From an uncultured Alistipes sp. (lineage in GTDB: Bacteria; Bacteroidota; Bacteroidia; Bacteroidales; Muribaculaceae): DNA of 59,737 nt. Within the stretch, counting starts at the first letter, position 1. The number at the start of each line of letters is the position of its first letter. Below, one piece after another: positions 42,008-52,901 of this stretch. The DNA is taken from NCBI GenBank assembly GCA_964514745.1, contig CAZEST010000002.1, positions 1 through 59,737 of the forward strand. Direction: 5' to 3'. The notes below the pieces were generated by a model. That model was not told the DNA's origin. It searched no databases and worked only from the letters and a program-made list of their open reading frames with translations. The translations under genes were made by a program, and so were the position numbers.

Positions 42008-42592
42008 ATGAACAAAAAGCCCCTAAATCAGAAACGCTCTTGGAAACCCGGCACGATGGTTTATCCTCTGCCTGCAGTGTTGGTCACCTGTGGAGGTTCG
42101 GTTGAGGATTCCAATATGCTGACCATTGGATGGACCGGAACGATCAATACCGATCCGGCAATGTGCTATATCTCGGTGAGGCCGGAACGCCATTCCTATG
42201 ATATTATCAAACGGAACATGGAGTTCACCATCAACCTGACCACCGCTGATATGGCTCGACAAACCGATTGGGCCGGAGTTCGTTCAGGACGCGACTATGA
42301 TAAATGGAAAGAAACCGGGTTGACTCCGGCGCCCGGGGTGATGGTCCGTTGCCCGTATATTGATGAGGCTCCCCTCTCAATCGAGTGTAAGGTGACGGCA
42401 ATTGTGCCTCTGGGTTCCCACCACATGTTTATCGCAAAGGTTGTTAATCTGCTGGCCGACGAGCGCTTTATCGATGCTGAAACCGACAGCTTCGATTTGG
42501 GCAAAGCCGGATTGCTGAACTACACTCATGGGCATTACTATGCTCAGGGAGCGGAATTAGGACGGTTCGGTTTCTCAGTTAAAAAGAAATAA
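42008..42592 (+). CDS. Flavin reductase family protein (flavoredoxin-like)
   Basis: [42 protein letters not shown]. Confidence 0.88.
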   Translation: MNKKPLNQKRSWKPGTMVYPLPAVLVTCGGSVEDSNMLTIGWTGTINTDPAMCYISVRPERHSYDIIKRNMEFTINLTTADMARQTDWAGVRSGRDYDKWKETGLTPAPGVMVRCPYIDEAPLSIECKVTAIVPLGSHHMFIAKVVNLLADERFIDAETDSFDLGKAGLLNYTHGHYYAQGAELGRFGFSVKKK

Positions 42593-42660
42593 TATTATCA
42601 GTTTCTACATACATAGAAAACTTTAATTCAATAATTAAATACCTTAAAACTAAATCCGTT

Positions 42661-43941
42661 ATGCAACGCGACAACGTCATCTTTGACATCATCAACCGTG
42701 AGCATCAGCGCCAACAAAAAGGCATAGAGCTTATCGCATCGGAAAACTTCGTGTCTCCTCAGGTAATGGAGGCTATGGGTTCGTGCCTTACCAATAAGTA
42801 TGCTGAAGGTTATCCCGGCCATCGTTATTATGGTGGCTGCCAGGTTGTTGATGAGGCAGAATCTCTTGCTCAGGAACGCCTGAAACAACTCTTTGACGCA
42901 GAATACGCCAACGTACAACCCCACTCCGGTGCGCAGGCTAATATGGCCGTCTTTATGGCGTGCTTGAAGCCCGGCGATACCTTTATGGGTATGAACCTCG
43001 ACCATGGAGGCCATCTCTCACACGGGAGCCCTGTTAACTTCTCCGGCCTGGTGTTCAACGCTATCGGCTACAATGTAGACCAGGAAACCGGTAGAGTTGA
43101 CTACGACCATATGGAAGCTCTCGCTCACGAAAAGAAACCGAAGCTGATTATCGGTGGCGCAAGTGCCTATAGCCGTGAATGGGATTACGCTCGTATGCGT
43201 AAGATTGCCGATGAAATCGGTGCAATCTTTATGGTTGATATGGCTCATCCTGCCGGCTTGATTGCTGCCGGTTTGCTCGACAATCCGTTGAAATATGCTC
43301 ATATCGTAACTTCTACCACACATAAGACACTGCGCGGTCCGCGTGGTGGCGTTATCCTCCTGGGCAAGGACTTCGATAATCCTTGGGGCAAGGCTACCAA
43401 GAAGGGCGAAATCCGCAAGATGTCGTCTCTGCTGGATTCGGCAGTGTTCCCCGGTGTACAGGGTGGTCCATTGGAGCACGTCATTGCGGCTAAGGCTGTT
43501 GCTTTCGGCGAAGCTCTGCAACCCGAATACAAGGAATACCAGAAGCAGGTGAAGGCTAATGCTGCAGCTATGGCCCAAGCACTGCTCGACAAGGGCTACC
43601 ACGTAGTTTCCGGTGGTACAGATAACCACTGTATTCTCGTTGACCTGCGCACTAAGTTCCCCGAGCTGACCGGTAAGGTTGCTGAGAAGGTACTGGTAGA
43701 AGCCGACATTACTGCTAATAAGAATATGGTGCCTTTCGATTCTCGTTCACCGTTCCAGACCTCCGGTATTCGCTTGGGTACTCCGGCAATTACAACTCGC
43801 GGTTTGAAGACAGACGAGATGGGTGGCATCGTTGAAATGATTGATACCGTTCTCTCTAACCCCGAAAGCGAAGCTACCATTAAGGCAGTGCGCGATAAGG
43901 TCAACGCTATGATGGCCGATCGCCCGATGTTTGCTTGGTAA
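42661..43941 (+). CDS. glyA: Serine hydroxymethyltransferase
   Basis: [40 protein letters not shown]. Confidence 0.99.
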   Translation: MQRDNVIFDIINREHQRQQKGIELIASENFVSPQVMEAMGSCLTNKYAEGYPGHRYYGGCQVVDEAESLAQERLKQLFDAEYANVQPHSGAQANMAVFMACLKPGDTFMGMNLDHGGHLSHGSPVNFSGLVFNAIGYNVDQETGRVDYDHMEALAHEKKPKLIIGGASAYSREWDYARMRKIADEIGAIFMVDMAHPAGLIAAGLLDNPLKYAHIVTSTTHKTLRGPRGGVILLGKDFDNPWGKATKKGEIRKMSSLLDSAVFPGVQGGPLEHVIAAKAVAFGEALQPEYKEYQKQVKANAAAMAQALLDKGYHVVSGGTDNHCILVDLRTKFPELTGKVAEKVLVEADITANKNMVPFDSRSPFQTSGIRLGTPAITTRGLKTDEMGGIVEMIDTVLSNPESEATIKAVRDKVNAMMADRPMFAW

Positions 43942-43986
43942 TCGGTTTTCCGGGTAGAGAACTATAAGCTACTCTGTTTTTTAGAC

Positions 43987-44724
43987 ATGAAATTGATATT
44001 ACTATCGCTCTATCGCATCTATCAGATTTGCGTAATGCTTCCGCTGATAATTGTCTTGACAATATTGGCCGGATTGCTTACTATTGTCGGTTCGCTACTC
44101 GGAGGTGGACGCCTCTGGGGATACTGGCCGGCTCATATTTGGGCAAAACTTTGTGCATGGATTACGCTGGTTAGGGTAGAGGTAAAGGGTAGAGAGAATA
44201 TCGCAAAGAATACGTCATACGTATTTGTTGCCAATCATCAGGGGGCTTATGATATCTTTGCTATCTACGGTTTTTTACACCATAATTTCAGATGGCTGAT
44301 GAAAATCGGCCTGCTGAAGTTCCCGGTTATTGGTATAAGCTGTAAGGCTGCGGGGCATATCTTCGTTGATAATTCGTCGCCGGCTGCGATAAAGCGCACT
44401 ATGTCGGAGGCTGAGAAAACACTGCAAGATGGCATGTCGTTGGTAGTGTTCCCCGAAGGCTCGCGAAGCAAGACCGGTAAGATGGGGCGTTTCCGCTCCG
44501 GAGCATTCCAACTTGCTATGGAATTTAGCTTGCCGGTTGTGCCGATTTCGATTGACGGTGCTTACGATATCCTTCCCCGAGGGCATTGGTTGCCCAAGTG
44601 GGGAAAGATTATCTTGACGATTCATGAGCCGTTAGCACCTCCTACCGATGAGGCTTCGCGCCGACAGATTGCCGAGCAATCGTCAGAGATAATCCGCAGC
44701 TCTCTACCGCTACGTTACCAATAA
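43987..44724 (+). CDS. plsC: 1-acyl-sn-glycerol-3-phosphate acyltransferase
   Basis: ANHQGAYD and FPEGSRS motifs. Confidence 0.9.
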   Translation: MKLILLSLYRIYQICVMLPLIIVLTILAGLLTIVGSLLGGGRLWGYWPAHIWAKLCAWITLVRVEVKGRENIAKNTSYVFVANHQGAYDIFAIYGFLHHNFRWLMKIGLLKFPVIGISCKAAGHIFVDNSSPAAIKRTMSEAEKTLQDGMSLVVFPEGSRSKTGKMGRFRSGAFQLAMEFSLPVVPISIDGAYDILPRGHWLPKWGKIILTIHEPLAPPTDEASRRQIAEQSSEIIRSSLPLRYQ

Positions 44725-44811
44725 TACGATATCTCCACCAAGCATTTATAAAGTCTTTTTTGGATCAATAATCCGATTCTGCAACTTGTTCAATCTTACT
44801 ATAATGCAAGG

Positions 44812-44855
44812 AATTCTCCGAAGCTTAACGCTAACAAACGTTGCTTCGGAGAATT
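44812..44855. terminator. Hairpin between convergent plsC and recQ
   Basis: 13-bp stem AATTCTCCGAAGC/GCTTCGGAGAATT followed by T-rich sequence. Confidence 0.65.
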
Positions 44856-44895
44856 TTATGTTTAGGCTATCAGGGCCGGCCGATGCGCTTTGGTG

Positions 44896-46866
44896 TTATT
44901 CGGTAGCGTTCGGAGTGGTGGTAGATTTGGAGGTTGTCGAGGGGAAGAGAAGATTGTTTGATAGTGTGATTTGGGCAGTGTCTAGGAGATTGCGGATTGT
45001 AGCAAACAGGTCGTTAGGCGCAATACCTAATTGCATGGCAACGTTGTACAGACTTATCCCTTCGGGGTTATTTGCGATTGTAAATAGAACGGCTTCAGCT
45101 AAAACGCTAGATTGAACTTGGGGTTTGCGATTAGCCTCGCGCTTGCGCCGTTCGCGGCATACGTCGCAGGTAGTGCACGGTTCTACCTTTTCTCCGAAAT
45201 AACCCAGCATTGTTTGCACTCGGCATTTGTAATCGTCAAATACAAACGATTTCATGGCAGCCAAGCGCTGTTCCAACTGTTTGCGTCGCTGTTCGTAAAC
45301 AGTCTTTGGCAGGAGTATGTCGGATTTAAATTCGCGTGAACGAAGCATAAAAATATATGGTGAACGTTTGCGCGGTACGTAGTCAATTACGTGCTGTTTG
45401 CGCAGGCTGATTAGGTTTTCAACTATCTCACGTTCCTCCATGATTAACGCCGCCGACATCTGTATTTCATCAATGAATTCGTAATCCGCAAAAATTCCCG
45501 TATAGTTTCGCAAGATATATTGCAAAACGAGCTCCTGCTTAGTTGTTAGTTGCAGATCGTATAATTCGCGCCGTTGCGTGGTCATGAGAATGCGAGAGCG
45601 CGTAGTCATCTCCTCGATATAGTCAAAATAGCCCGACTGGGAGAGGATTTTCAGTGCATTGTTGGCGATAGTTGGTTGTAGATTCCATCTGTCGCAGAAC
45701 TTTGCAAACGGGAATTCGATTAGGCGCTCATAGCCTTCGCCCATAGCAACGTTGAGGAATACCATCAGTTGGTCATAAACCTCGCGGATGACCTCTTTGT
45801 CGGGAAACGATTCCGATAGTCGACGCGTGAGTAATCCCTTGTCGGATTTGGCGGCGAGGATTACAGCCCAAGAGGGGAGGCCATCGCGCCCGGCACGCCC
45901 GGCTTCTTGATAATATTCTTCGAGCGACGACGGTAGGTCGTGGTGAATTACAAACCTTACGTCGGGTTTGTCGATACCCATGCCGAATGCGTTCGTGGCT
46001 ACCATAACACGTGTTTCGCCCGATTTCCAGCGATTTTGCTTTTCGTTTTTATCCTCCGGAGCAAGTCCGGCATGATAGAAATCGGCCGAAATATTGTTGG
46101 ACATTAGGAAGGCGGCTAACTCATGGGTGCGCTTGCGAGAGCGAGTGTAGACGATGCCGCTACCGCCAATGCGCGACAATATGTGGAGTAATTCGGCATC
46201 CTTAAAGTCGCAATGCCTTATGATATAGGAGATGTTTTTGCGCGTAAAGCTGAGGCGATAGCAATGGTCGGTAGTGCGAAACGAGAGTTTCGCCATAATG
46301 TCTTGTACTACTTCCGGAGTGGCAGATGCGGTTAATGCCAGTACGGATGCCTTCGGAAACTGCTCGCGCAGCTTGCCAATCAGCAGGTATGACGGGCGGA
46401 AATCATATCCCCATTGCGAAATACAGTGGGCTTCATCGACCACGATAAGCGTAACGTTAAGAACATTCCACCAAGCCTCCAGCGATGGCGAGCGTAGCTT
46501 CTCCGGTGATAGATATAGAATCTTAATTTTTCCGAGTTTGCAACGCGTCAGGACCAGTTCGCTCTCGCTTTTACGCATGGCATGGTTGAGTTGGCCGGCC
46601 ATGATGCCACGCTCTCGCAGATTGTCTACCTGGTCCTTCATTAGAGAAATTAGTGGGGTAACTACCACGGTTAATCCGTCGGAGGCGAGTGCCGGAATTT
46701 GGAATGTAATTGACTTACCACCGCCGGTAGGTAGCAACCCTAGTGTGTCGAATCCTTGCATTGTTGAGGTTATAATCTCCTGTTGCATTGGGCGGAAGGA
46801 GTCATATCCCCAATATCGTTTGAGTAATGCAAGGCTACGTTGTTGAATGTCGGCGGTGTCGTCCAT
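44896..46866 (-). CDS. recQ: RecQ family ATP-dependent DNA helicase
   Basis: PTGGGKS, VDEAHCISQWGYDFRPSY, ALTASAT, ATNAFGMGIDKPDVR, QEAGRAGRDG, Zn motif CR...CTTCDVC. Confidence 0.95.
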   Translation of the reverse strand: MDDTADIQQRSLALLKRYWGYDSFRPMQQEIITSTMQGFDTLGLLPTGGGKSITFQIPALASDGLTVVVTPLISLMKDQVDNLRERGIMAGQLNHAMRKSESELVLTRCKLGKIKILYLSPEKLRSPSLEAWWNVLNVTLIVVDEAHCISQWGYDFRPSYLLIGKLREQFPKASVLALTASATPEVVQDIMAKLSFRTTDHCYRLSFTRKNISYIIRHCDFKDAELLHILSRIGGSGIVYTRSRKRTHELAAFLMSNNISADFYHAGLAPEDKNEKQNRWKSGETRVMVATNAFGMGIDKPDVRFVIHHDLPSSLEEYYQEAGRAGRDGLPSWAVILAAKSDKGLLTRRLSESFPDKEVIREVYDQLMVFLNVAMGEGYERLIEFPFAKFCDRWNLQPTIANNALKILSQSGYFDYIEEMTTRSRILMTTQRRELYDLQLTTKQELVLQYILRNYTGIFADYEFIDEIQMSAALIMEEREIVENLISLRKQHVIDYVPRKRSPYIFMLRSREFKSDILLPKTVYEQRRKQLEQRLAAMKSFVFDDYKCRVQTMLGYFGEKVEPCTTCDVCRERRKREANRKPQVQSSVLAEAVLFTIANNPEGISLYNVAMQLGIAPNDLFATIRNLLDTAQITLSNNLLFPSTTSKSTTTPNATE

Positions 46867-46909
46867 TAGTGTGATATTGGCTGAGTGTTAGTGAGTTGTG
46901 TGGCTAATG

Positions 46910-48355
46910 TTAAAGTATTGGAGCAAACAGGCGCATGATTGATTCCAAGGCTTTTTCCATGTAAGGGCGCTTCTGCCATCGCATCGAATTAACTCTTACA
47001 CAGTCCTTTTGGTCGTCAAGGAATTGCTTACGCATACGTTCGTTGAACTCCTTTGAGTAGATTAATAGGTTTGCCTCAAAATTGTGTTCAAAGCTGCGGA
47101 AATCGAAATTGGTGGAGCCTACGGTGCAAAAGTCATCATCAATAATGATTGCCTTGCTGTGCAACATCCCTTTTTCGTAAAGGTAGACCTTGATGCCTGC
47201 GCGCAGACACTCCTGGATATAGCTGAATGATGCCCAGCGGAGCATATCACTGTCGCTTCGGCGTGGTAGCATTATGCGCACGTCGATTTTCGATAAGGCT
47301 GCAATTTGCAGGGCATGAAGCAGACCTTCGGTGGGCAGGAAATATGGGGTTTGGAGAAAGACTGATCGTCGAGCCGTAGAGATCGCCTTTTGGAACATTA
47401 ATGTTAGGTTCATCCATTGATTAATCGGTCCACCGGTTAGTAGCTGAATACCGGCCGTTGGCTCCGATTTAATTGCCAACGGCGATACGCCGTCTTCAAT
47501 TAGCGGTTGCCCCATGAAGTTCCAGTCAATGGCAAAGGCTTGCTGCAGAGCAGCAACTCCCGGTCCGGTAATACGTAGATGGAGGTCGCGCCATACATCG
47601 AAGTGCTTTCCTCCGGATATATATCTGTCGGCGATATTCATACCGCCGATATAGCCTACAACGCCGTCAATTACGGCTATTTTGCGGTGGTTGCGCCAGT
47701 TTACGCGCGTTCCGAACGGCGGAAATACAACCTCAAAGAAGGGATATGCCTCTATTCCGGCTTGCTTTAAGCGCTTGAAGAACTTCTTGGGCGTCTTGAA
47801 GGAGCCAACAGAGTCGTAGATGAGTCGGATTTTTACCCCCTCGGATGCTTTCTGAATGAGCAAATTAGCAACACGATTGCCAATCTCGTCGTTCTCAATG
47901 ATGTAATATTCCAGGTTGATATAGTTGGTGGCCCGGGCGATATCTTCGAGCAGGGCGTCAAACTTATCCTTGCCGTTATTGTATAGCTCAATTCGGTTCC
48001 CCTCATAGAAACGAGAGCCTTGCAGGGCGTGGGCTAGGGTAATATTTTGAGCAATTAGGGGGGATTGTTGAATCTTTGTGGCATCAACCTTTACGTGGTC
48101 TTCCAGGCGCTTGAGTTTGCGCCGATTCCGTCGGGAGATGATGCGTTTGCTCTGAATGTTCCTGCCAAAGAAAATATAGAGAATCAACCCTATGGCCGGG
48201 ACAACTAACAAGACCGTTACCCACGCCAGCGATTTCACGGGGTTGCGATTCTCGGAGATTACTACTGCAATAACTCCAAGAATAACAATGGCATAGGCGA
48301 TTACCAGGAACCACCAAATCCACGTAGTGTTTATGTAGTCAACAAAGCTCCACAT
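46910..48355 (-). CDS. cls: Cardiolipin synthase
   Basis: Two HKD motifs (NHRKIAVID, LHSKAIIID) and two N-terminal TM helices; TATCTTTG box at 48363-48370 (minus) supports ATG 48355. Confidence 0.95.
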   Translation of the reverse strand: MWSFVDYINTTWIWWFLVIAYAIVILGVIAVVISENRNPVKSLAWVTVLLVVPAIGLILYIFFGRNIQSKRIISRRNRRKLKRLEDHVKVDATKIQQSPLIAQNITLAHALQGSRFYEGNRIELYNNGKDKFDALLEDIARATNYINLEYYIIENDEIGNRVANLLIQKASEGVKIRLIYDSVGSFKTPKKFFKRLKQAGIEAYPFFEVVFPPFGTRVNWRNHRKIAVIDGVVGYIGGMNIADRYISGGKHFDVWRDLHLRITGPGVAALQQAFAIDWNFMGQPLIEDGVSPLAIKSEPTAGIQLLTGGPINQWMNLTLMFQKAISTARRSVFLQTPYFLPTEGLLHALQIAALSKIDVRIMLPRRSDSDMLRWASFSYIQECLRAGIKVYLYEKGMLHSKAIIIDDDFCTVGSTNFDFRSFEHNFEANLLIYSKEFNERMRKQFLDDQKDCVRVNSMRWQKRPYMEKALESIMRLFAPIL

Positions 48356-48429
48356 CTTCCTACAAAGATACATTATTTCTTGCATAAAGTCAAAAATATA
48401 ATTGAGTTATTCTGTACAATCGCAATATT

Positions 48430-48461
48430 TTTGCTGATATGGATGGAAATTGCTAACTTTG
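48430..48461 (+). promoter_or_regulatory. sigmaA promoter (-33 TTTG / -7 TAACTTTG) for the riboswitch-TBDR transcript
   Basis: TTTG at 48430-48433, 20-nt spacer, TAACTTTG at 48454-48461. Confidence 0.7.
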
Positions 48462-48497
48462 CACCGGAATTCCGACGGAGTTCCATGAGATAATTAA

Positions 48498-48588
48498 CAT
48501 ATTTAGGGGTGCTGAACTCCAAAAAAAGTTTGGCTGAGATTACACCCTTTGAACCTGATCCGGATAATACCGGCGTAGAGAAAAGATG
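48498..48588 (+). ncRNA. TPP (THI-box) riboswitch
   Basis: AGGGGTGC...GGCTGAGA.TACACCC.TTGAACCTGATCCGGATAATACCGGCGTAG matches the TPP aptamer core. Confidence 0.92.
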
Positions 48589-50832
48589 AAGAAACTGATT
48601 CTTCCGGCAGCTGCCCTGACGATTGGGGCGGTGTGCCAACCTGTCAACGCCGCGACTGTTGCCGCTGATAATGAAGCGGACTCGCTGAGCGTAGTGCTTG
48701 AACAAGTGGAGGTTGTTGCCAACCGTGCTACTGCTAAGACGCCTATGGCGTTTACCAACGTAACCAAAAAGGACCTGTTGCAGAACAATGACGGTCGCGA
48801 CATGACCTACCTCCTCCAATCAACCCCCTCCGTAACTTTAACCTCGGATGCCGGCGCCGGTATCGGTTATACGTCGATGCGTGTGCGTGGTACGGATGGC
48901 TCGCGAATCAATGTTACCGCCAACGGTATTCCTATCAACAACCCCGAAAGCCACAATGTTTATTGGGTAAATATGCCCGACTTGGCATCGTCGCTGCGCG
49001 ACGTGCAGATCCAGCGTGGTGCGGGTACGTCGGCCAATGGTGCCGGTGCGTTTGGTGCCAGTGTTAACATGGTTACGGATGCCCCCTCTGAAGATGCTTA
49101 TGCTGAACTGTCAGGTGCTTACGGTATGTATAATACCAATCGCGAAACGCTCCGCGTAGGTTCCGGTCTGTTGGGCAACCATTGGACGGTAGATGCTCGC
49201 CTGAGCCATCTCGGTTCCGACGGTTATATCGATCGAGCATCCTCGGCCCTTTGGAGCTACTTTGGTCAGGTTGCCTATCAGAGCTACAATACTGCCGTAC
49301 GCCTGTTGGCTTTCGGCGGTAAGGAAAAGACCTACATGGCTTGGGACTATGCTTCGAAGGAGGAGATGGAAGAATATGGCCGTCGCTACAATCCTTGCGG
49401 TAAGTATACCGACAAGGATGGCAATACCGCCTACTATCCCAACCAGATGGATAACTATATCCAGCACCACTTCCAGCTGTTGCTGTCGCAGCGCTTGGGT
49501 GAGCACTTCAACCTCAATGCTGCGCTCCACTATACGAAGGATGACGGCTACTACGAGCAGTATAAGACTAAGCGCACCTTGGCCGAATATGGCTTGGCTC
49601 CGTTCTACGATGCCGACGGCAACAAGGTTAAGAAGTCTGACTTGATTCGTCTGAAGAACAATGATAACAGCTTCGGCGGAGGTCAGCTGACGTTGAACTA
49701 TCATGATGATCGCTGGAATGTAACCCTCGGTGGGGCAGTGACCGACTTCGATGGCCGTCACTTCGGTCAGGTGCAGTGGGTTCGCAACTATGTTGGCTCT
49801 ATCGATCCGCTGCAGAACTACTACGACAATACCGGCCGCAAGTTTGATGCTAACGTCTATCTGCGTGCCAACTACGATATTACTCGTAATCTGTCGGCTT
49901 TCGCTGATATGCAGTATCGCCATATTAAGTATACAATCACCGGTAGCTCTGACAACTACGATTACAATATCAGTGGCCCGGCCGTGCTCGATGTTAACCA
50001 GCGTTGGGACTTCTTTAATCCCAAACTCGGTTTGAACTATGCCGTTGGTGGTCATCGTGCTTACGCTTCGTGGTCAGTTGCACATAAAGAACCTACTCGC
50101 GACAACTTCACTGATGGCGATGTTAACCATATGCCTTCAGCCGAACGCCTTAACGACTTCGAATTGGGTTATAACTATAATGCGAAATTGTTCTCGCTGG
50201 GTGTAAACCTCTATTATATGCTCTACAAGGACCAGCTGGTTGTTACCGGTCAGCTTTCCGATACGGGTAATGCACTTAGTGTTAACGTGCCGGATTCTTA
50301 CCGTATGGGTATTGAGTTCCAGGGTGCTTTGCGTCCCTGCAACTGGTTCGATTGGCAGCTCAATCTTACGCTCTCTCGCAATCGCATCAAGAACTTCGTT
50401 GAGTATATCTACGAGGACGAGTGGACCAACCCCATCGCTTTTGAACTCGGCGATACCCCGATTGCATTCTCTCCCGGTTTGATCTTCAACAATACGTTTA
50501 ACTTCCACTATCGCGGCTTTGATGCAGCTCTGCAGACCAGCTATGTTGGCAAGCAGTATATGAACAATGCTCGCTCTGAGGAAGCTGCCTTGGATGCATA
50601 TTGCGTTTCCGACCTCCATCTGGGCTACTCGTTCAAGCACCTGCTTGGCGTAAAGGAACTGCGCATCGGATTCTCAATCTATAACCTCTTCAATAAGAAG
50701 TACTGCAACAATGGCTATGCCGGTGCAGGCTATTATGTTGACGATGCCGGTGAAAAGGTTATCTACCGCTATGCCGGCTATGCTGCCCAGGCACCTACCC
50801 ACGTAATGGCAACCGCCACCCTCCGCTTCTAA
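48586..50832 (+). CDS. TonB-dependent receptor, probable thiamine outer-membrane transporter (OMthi-like)
   Basis: Signal peptide, plug motif DAGAGIGYTSMRVRGTDGSRINVTANGIP...QIQRGAGTS, C-terminal Phe; directly under a TPP riboswitch. Confidence 0.9.
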   Translation: MKKLILPAAALTIGAVCQPVNAATVAADNEADSLSVVLEQVEVVANRATAKTPMAFTNVTKKDLLQNNDGRDMTYLLQSTPSVTLTSDAGAGIGYTSMRVRGTDGSRINVTANGIPINNPESHNVYWVNMPDLASSLRDVQIQRGAGTSANGAGAFGASVNMVTDAPSEDAYAELSGAYGMYNTNRETLRVGSGLLGNHWTVDARLSHLGSDGYIDRASSALWSYFGQVAYQSYNTAVRLLAFGGKEKTYMAWDYASKEEMEEYGRRYNPCGKYTDKDGNTAYYPNQMDNYIQHHFQLLLSQRLGEHFNLNAALHYTKDDGYYEQYKTKRTLAEYGLAPFYDADGNKVKKSDLIRLKNNDNSFGGGQLTLNYHDDRWNVTLGGAVTDFDGRHFGQVQWVRNYVGSIDPLQNYYDNTGRKFDANVYLRANYDITRNLSAFADMQYRHIKYTITGSSDNYDYNISGPAVLDVNQRWDFFNPKLGLNYAVGGHRAYASWSVAHKEPTRDNFTDGDVNHMPSAERLNDFELGYNYNAKLFSLGVNLYYMLYKDQLVVTGQLSDTGNALSVNVPDSYRMGIEFQGALRPCNWFDWQLNLTLSRNRIKNFVEYIYEDEWTNPIAFELGDTPIAFSPGLIFNNTFNFHYRGFDAALQTSYVGKQYMNNARSEEAALDAYCVSDLHLGYSFKHLLGVKELRIGFSIYNLFNKKYCNNGYAGAGYYVDDAGEKVIYRYAGYAAQAPTHVMATATLRF

Positions 50833-50863
50833 AATTCCTTACCTTCCCGGGCATATAAAATAT

Positions 50864-50912
50864 AAGGGCTTTAACCTCGGCGATTCAGCCAGGGTTAAAG
50901 CCCTTGTTTTTT
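50864..50912 (+). terminator. Intrinsic terminator after the TBDR
   Basis: AAGGGCTTTAACC/GGTTAAAGCCCTT stem followed by GTTTTTT. Confidence 0.85.
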
Positions 50913-51002
50913 CCAGCCTTCGCCCTCCGTGATTTGGCCTTTGTATTTTTAAGCCTCCGCCCTTCCGGATTGGTGTAACTCATACAGATATCGACGAACC
51001 CT

Positions 51003-51050
51003 ATCCGGTATTCTCTTGCGCCATAATCGGCGGCCTTCGGGCGCCGTCGC
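51003..51050 (+). repeat. 48-bp direct repeat, left copy
   Basis: ATCCGGTATTCTCTTGCGCCATAATCGGCGGCCTTCGGGCGCCGTCGC, identical to 56089-56136. Confidence 0.97.
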
Positions 51051-51248
51051 GATATTCCGTCTAAAATATTGATTTTTCAAATAGTACAAATGCCGGCATA
51101 CAAATAGTTGTGCTATCTGGATTGTGTATAACAGGAAATAACGCACTGCTAAAATTTGTAACAATCTAAATAAATATTTGTAACTTTGCGGTAGAATTGG
51201 TATTCTGTGAAAAGAACGCAGACAATTTACAACTCAATAAAGCCATTT

Positions 51249-52901
51249 ATGCAGAGGTTATTAGAAATTACTATATGTTGTATAGTTGTGGCATGGTTAA
51301 CAAATTCGTGCACACGTTCTGAGCGTGTAAATCCCGTATTGGAGAAAGCAGAACAATTAATGTTAGAGTCTCCAGATTCAGCATTGCAGTTGCTGTATGA
51401 GATTGACAAAGATGATATAATGACGCAGGCAGACAGCGCTTTGTATAATTTATTAATTACTCAGGCAGAAGATAAGAATTTTATTGACAGAACATCTTCT
51501 GACAGAATAGAAAAAGCCGTTGCCTATTATCGAAAGTATCCCGATAATGGGAATAAGCTGATGCTTGCGTTATATTATTTAGGCAGGATTCAAGAGAATG
51601 CAAAATTGTCTGAATTATCAATAGTCTCAATGCTGGAAGCCGAGCAAGTAGCAATTCAACAAAAAGATTATTTTTATCTTGGGCTTATCTATAGATCAAT
51701 AGCAAACCAGTATGGCAGTATATATGATTTTTCAGAACAATTAATATATAGTCAGAAGGCTTGTCATGCTTTTGAATTATCGAATAATTGGGAATATCTT
51801 AATTATGAAAAATGTAATTTGGCAGTAGCATTGAATGATAATCAAAAATATCAAGAAGCTCTGGATACATTGCTTATTGTTGAAAATAAAGCAAGATCTT
51901 ATGGTGATAGTGTTACAGTTATAGAAGCGGAACGAGTAATGATCAACTCATATTATATGCTGGCACAATATGAGGAGGCAATTAAATGTTATCAAGACAT
52001 GATTAATAATGGATGTGTTGTGGATGACGTTGACAAACAGCAACTTGCCATGATATATGACAAACTTGGAGATGAAGGCATGGCTCATAAGGTATTATCG
52101 GATGTATCAAGTGATTATACAGGACCTAAGGCAGCGCTTTACAATATATATGCACAAAAAGGAGACTATCGCAATGCATATATGCAACTTCAAAATTATC
52201 TGCAACTTACAGATTCAACATACAAGTGTATCACACAACAACGCGTGACAAATCAAGTGCTTGAATTTAATCAAGATAGAATCAAAGCAATAAAAGAACA
52301 AAACGAGCGATTAAAATGTAATGTCATAATAGCTGTATGTATTTTTATTGTTTTGGTTATTATTACCTGGATTCTATTGCTAAGACGTAAGAAACATATA
52401 GAAAAACAAAATTTATTAACGATTGACGCGTTAGAAAATGTTGCATCAGAGCTAAAAAAACAGCTAAGCGTACTGCAACTAGATCATCATTTGATGTCGG
52501 ATGAATTGATGAAAATGATGCAAAAGCGCTATAATATATTGGATGATTTGTGTCAACGATATTATGAAAAGCCTAAAGATGCAAATTCGGCGAAATACGT
52601 TAAAATCTTAGATCAAACAATCGACAGAATACGGTGTGATGCTGATTTTACAAGCCAATTATTGATAGAATTTGATATTGTGTCAAATCAACTTATTACA
52701 GGTCTTCGACAAACAAAAAGTACATTAAAGGAGGCAGATTTTCAGTTGCTTGCGTATCTTTTAGCTGGGTTCTCTAATAGATCAATAAGTATTTTGTTAT
52801 GCGAAAAGGTTGAAATTGTGTACAATAGAAAATATCATTTGAAAGGGAAAATAGCCAAGCTTGATTATGCAAGAAAAGATGAACTTCTTGCTAGATTGTA
52901 G
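51249..52901 (+). CDS. Membrane-spanning TPR sensor with a C-terminal LuxR-like HTH (SusR-like topology)
   Basis: Lipoprotein-like signal (..LTNSC), TPR helices (ALYYLGRIQENA, YYMLAQYEEAIKCY), TM helix VIIAVCIFIVLVIITWILLL, coiled coil, HTH-like LLAGFSNRSISILLCEKVEIVYNRKYHLKGKI; TAACTTTG at 51181-51188. Confidence 0.75.
   Translation: MQRLLEITICCIVVAWLTNSCTRSERVNPVLEKAEQLMLESPDSALQLLYEIDKDDIMTQADSALYNLLITQAEDKNFIDRTSSDRIEKAVAYYRKYPDNGNKLMLALYYLGRIQENAKLSELSIVSMLEAEQVAIQQKDYFYLGLIYRSIANQYGSIYDFSEQLIYSQKACHAFELSNNWEYLNYEKCNLAVALNDNQKYQEALDTLLIVENKARSYGDSVTVIEAERVMINSYYMLAQYEEAIKCYQDMINNGCVVDDVDKQQLAMIYDKLGDEGMAHKVLSDVSSDYTGPKAALYNIYAQKGDYRNAYMQLQNYLQLTDSTYKCITQQRVTNQVLEFNQDRIKAIKEQNERLKCNVIIAVCIFIVLVIITWILLLRRKKHIEKQNLLTIDALENVASELKKQLSVLQLDHHLMSDELMKMMQKRYNILDDLCQRYYEKPKDANSAKYVKILDQTIDRIRCDADFTSQLLIEFDIVSNQLITGLRQTKSTLKEADFQLLAYLLAGFSNRSISILLCEKVEIVYNRKYHLKGKIAKLDYARKDELLARL

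Noticed and set aside
49111..50055. 314-aa minus-strand ORF
   Set aside because: Antisense shadow within the TonB-dependent receptor
50949..51164. 71-aa minus-strand ORF across the left direct repeat
   Set aside because: Spans a repeat and promoter region; no excisionase or recombinase motif is recognisable
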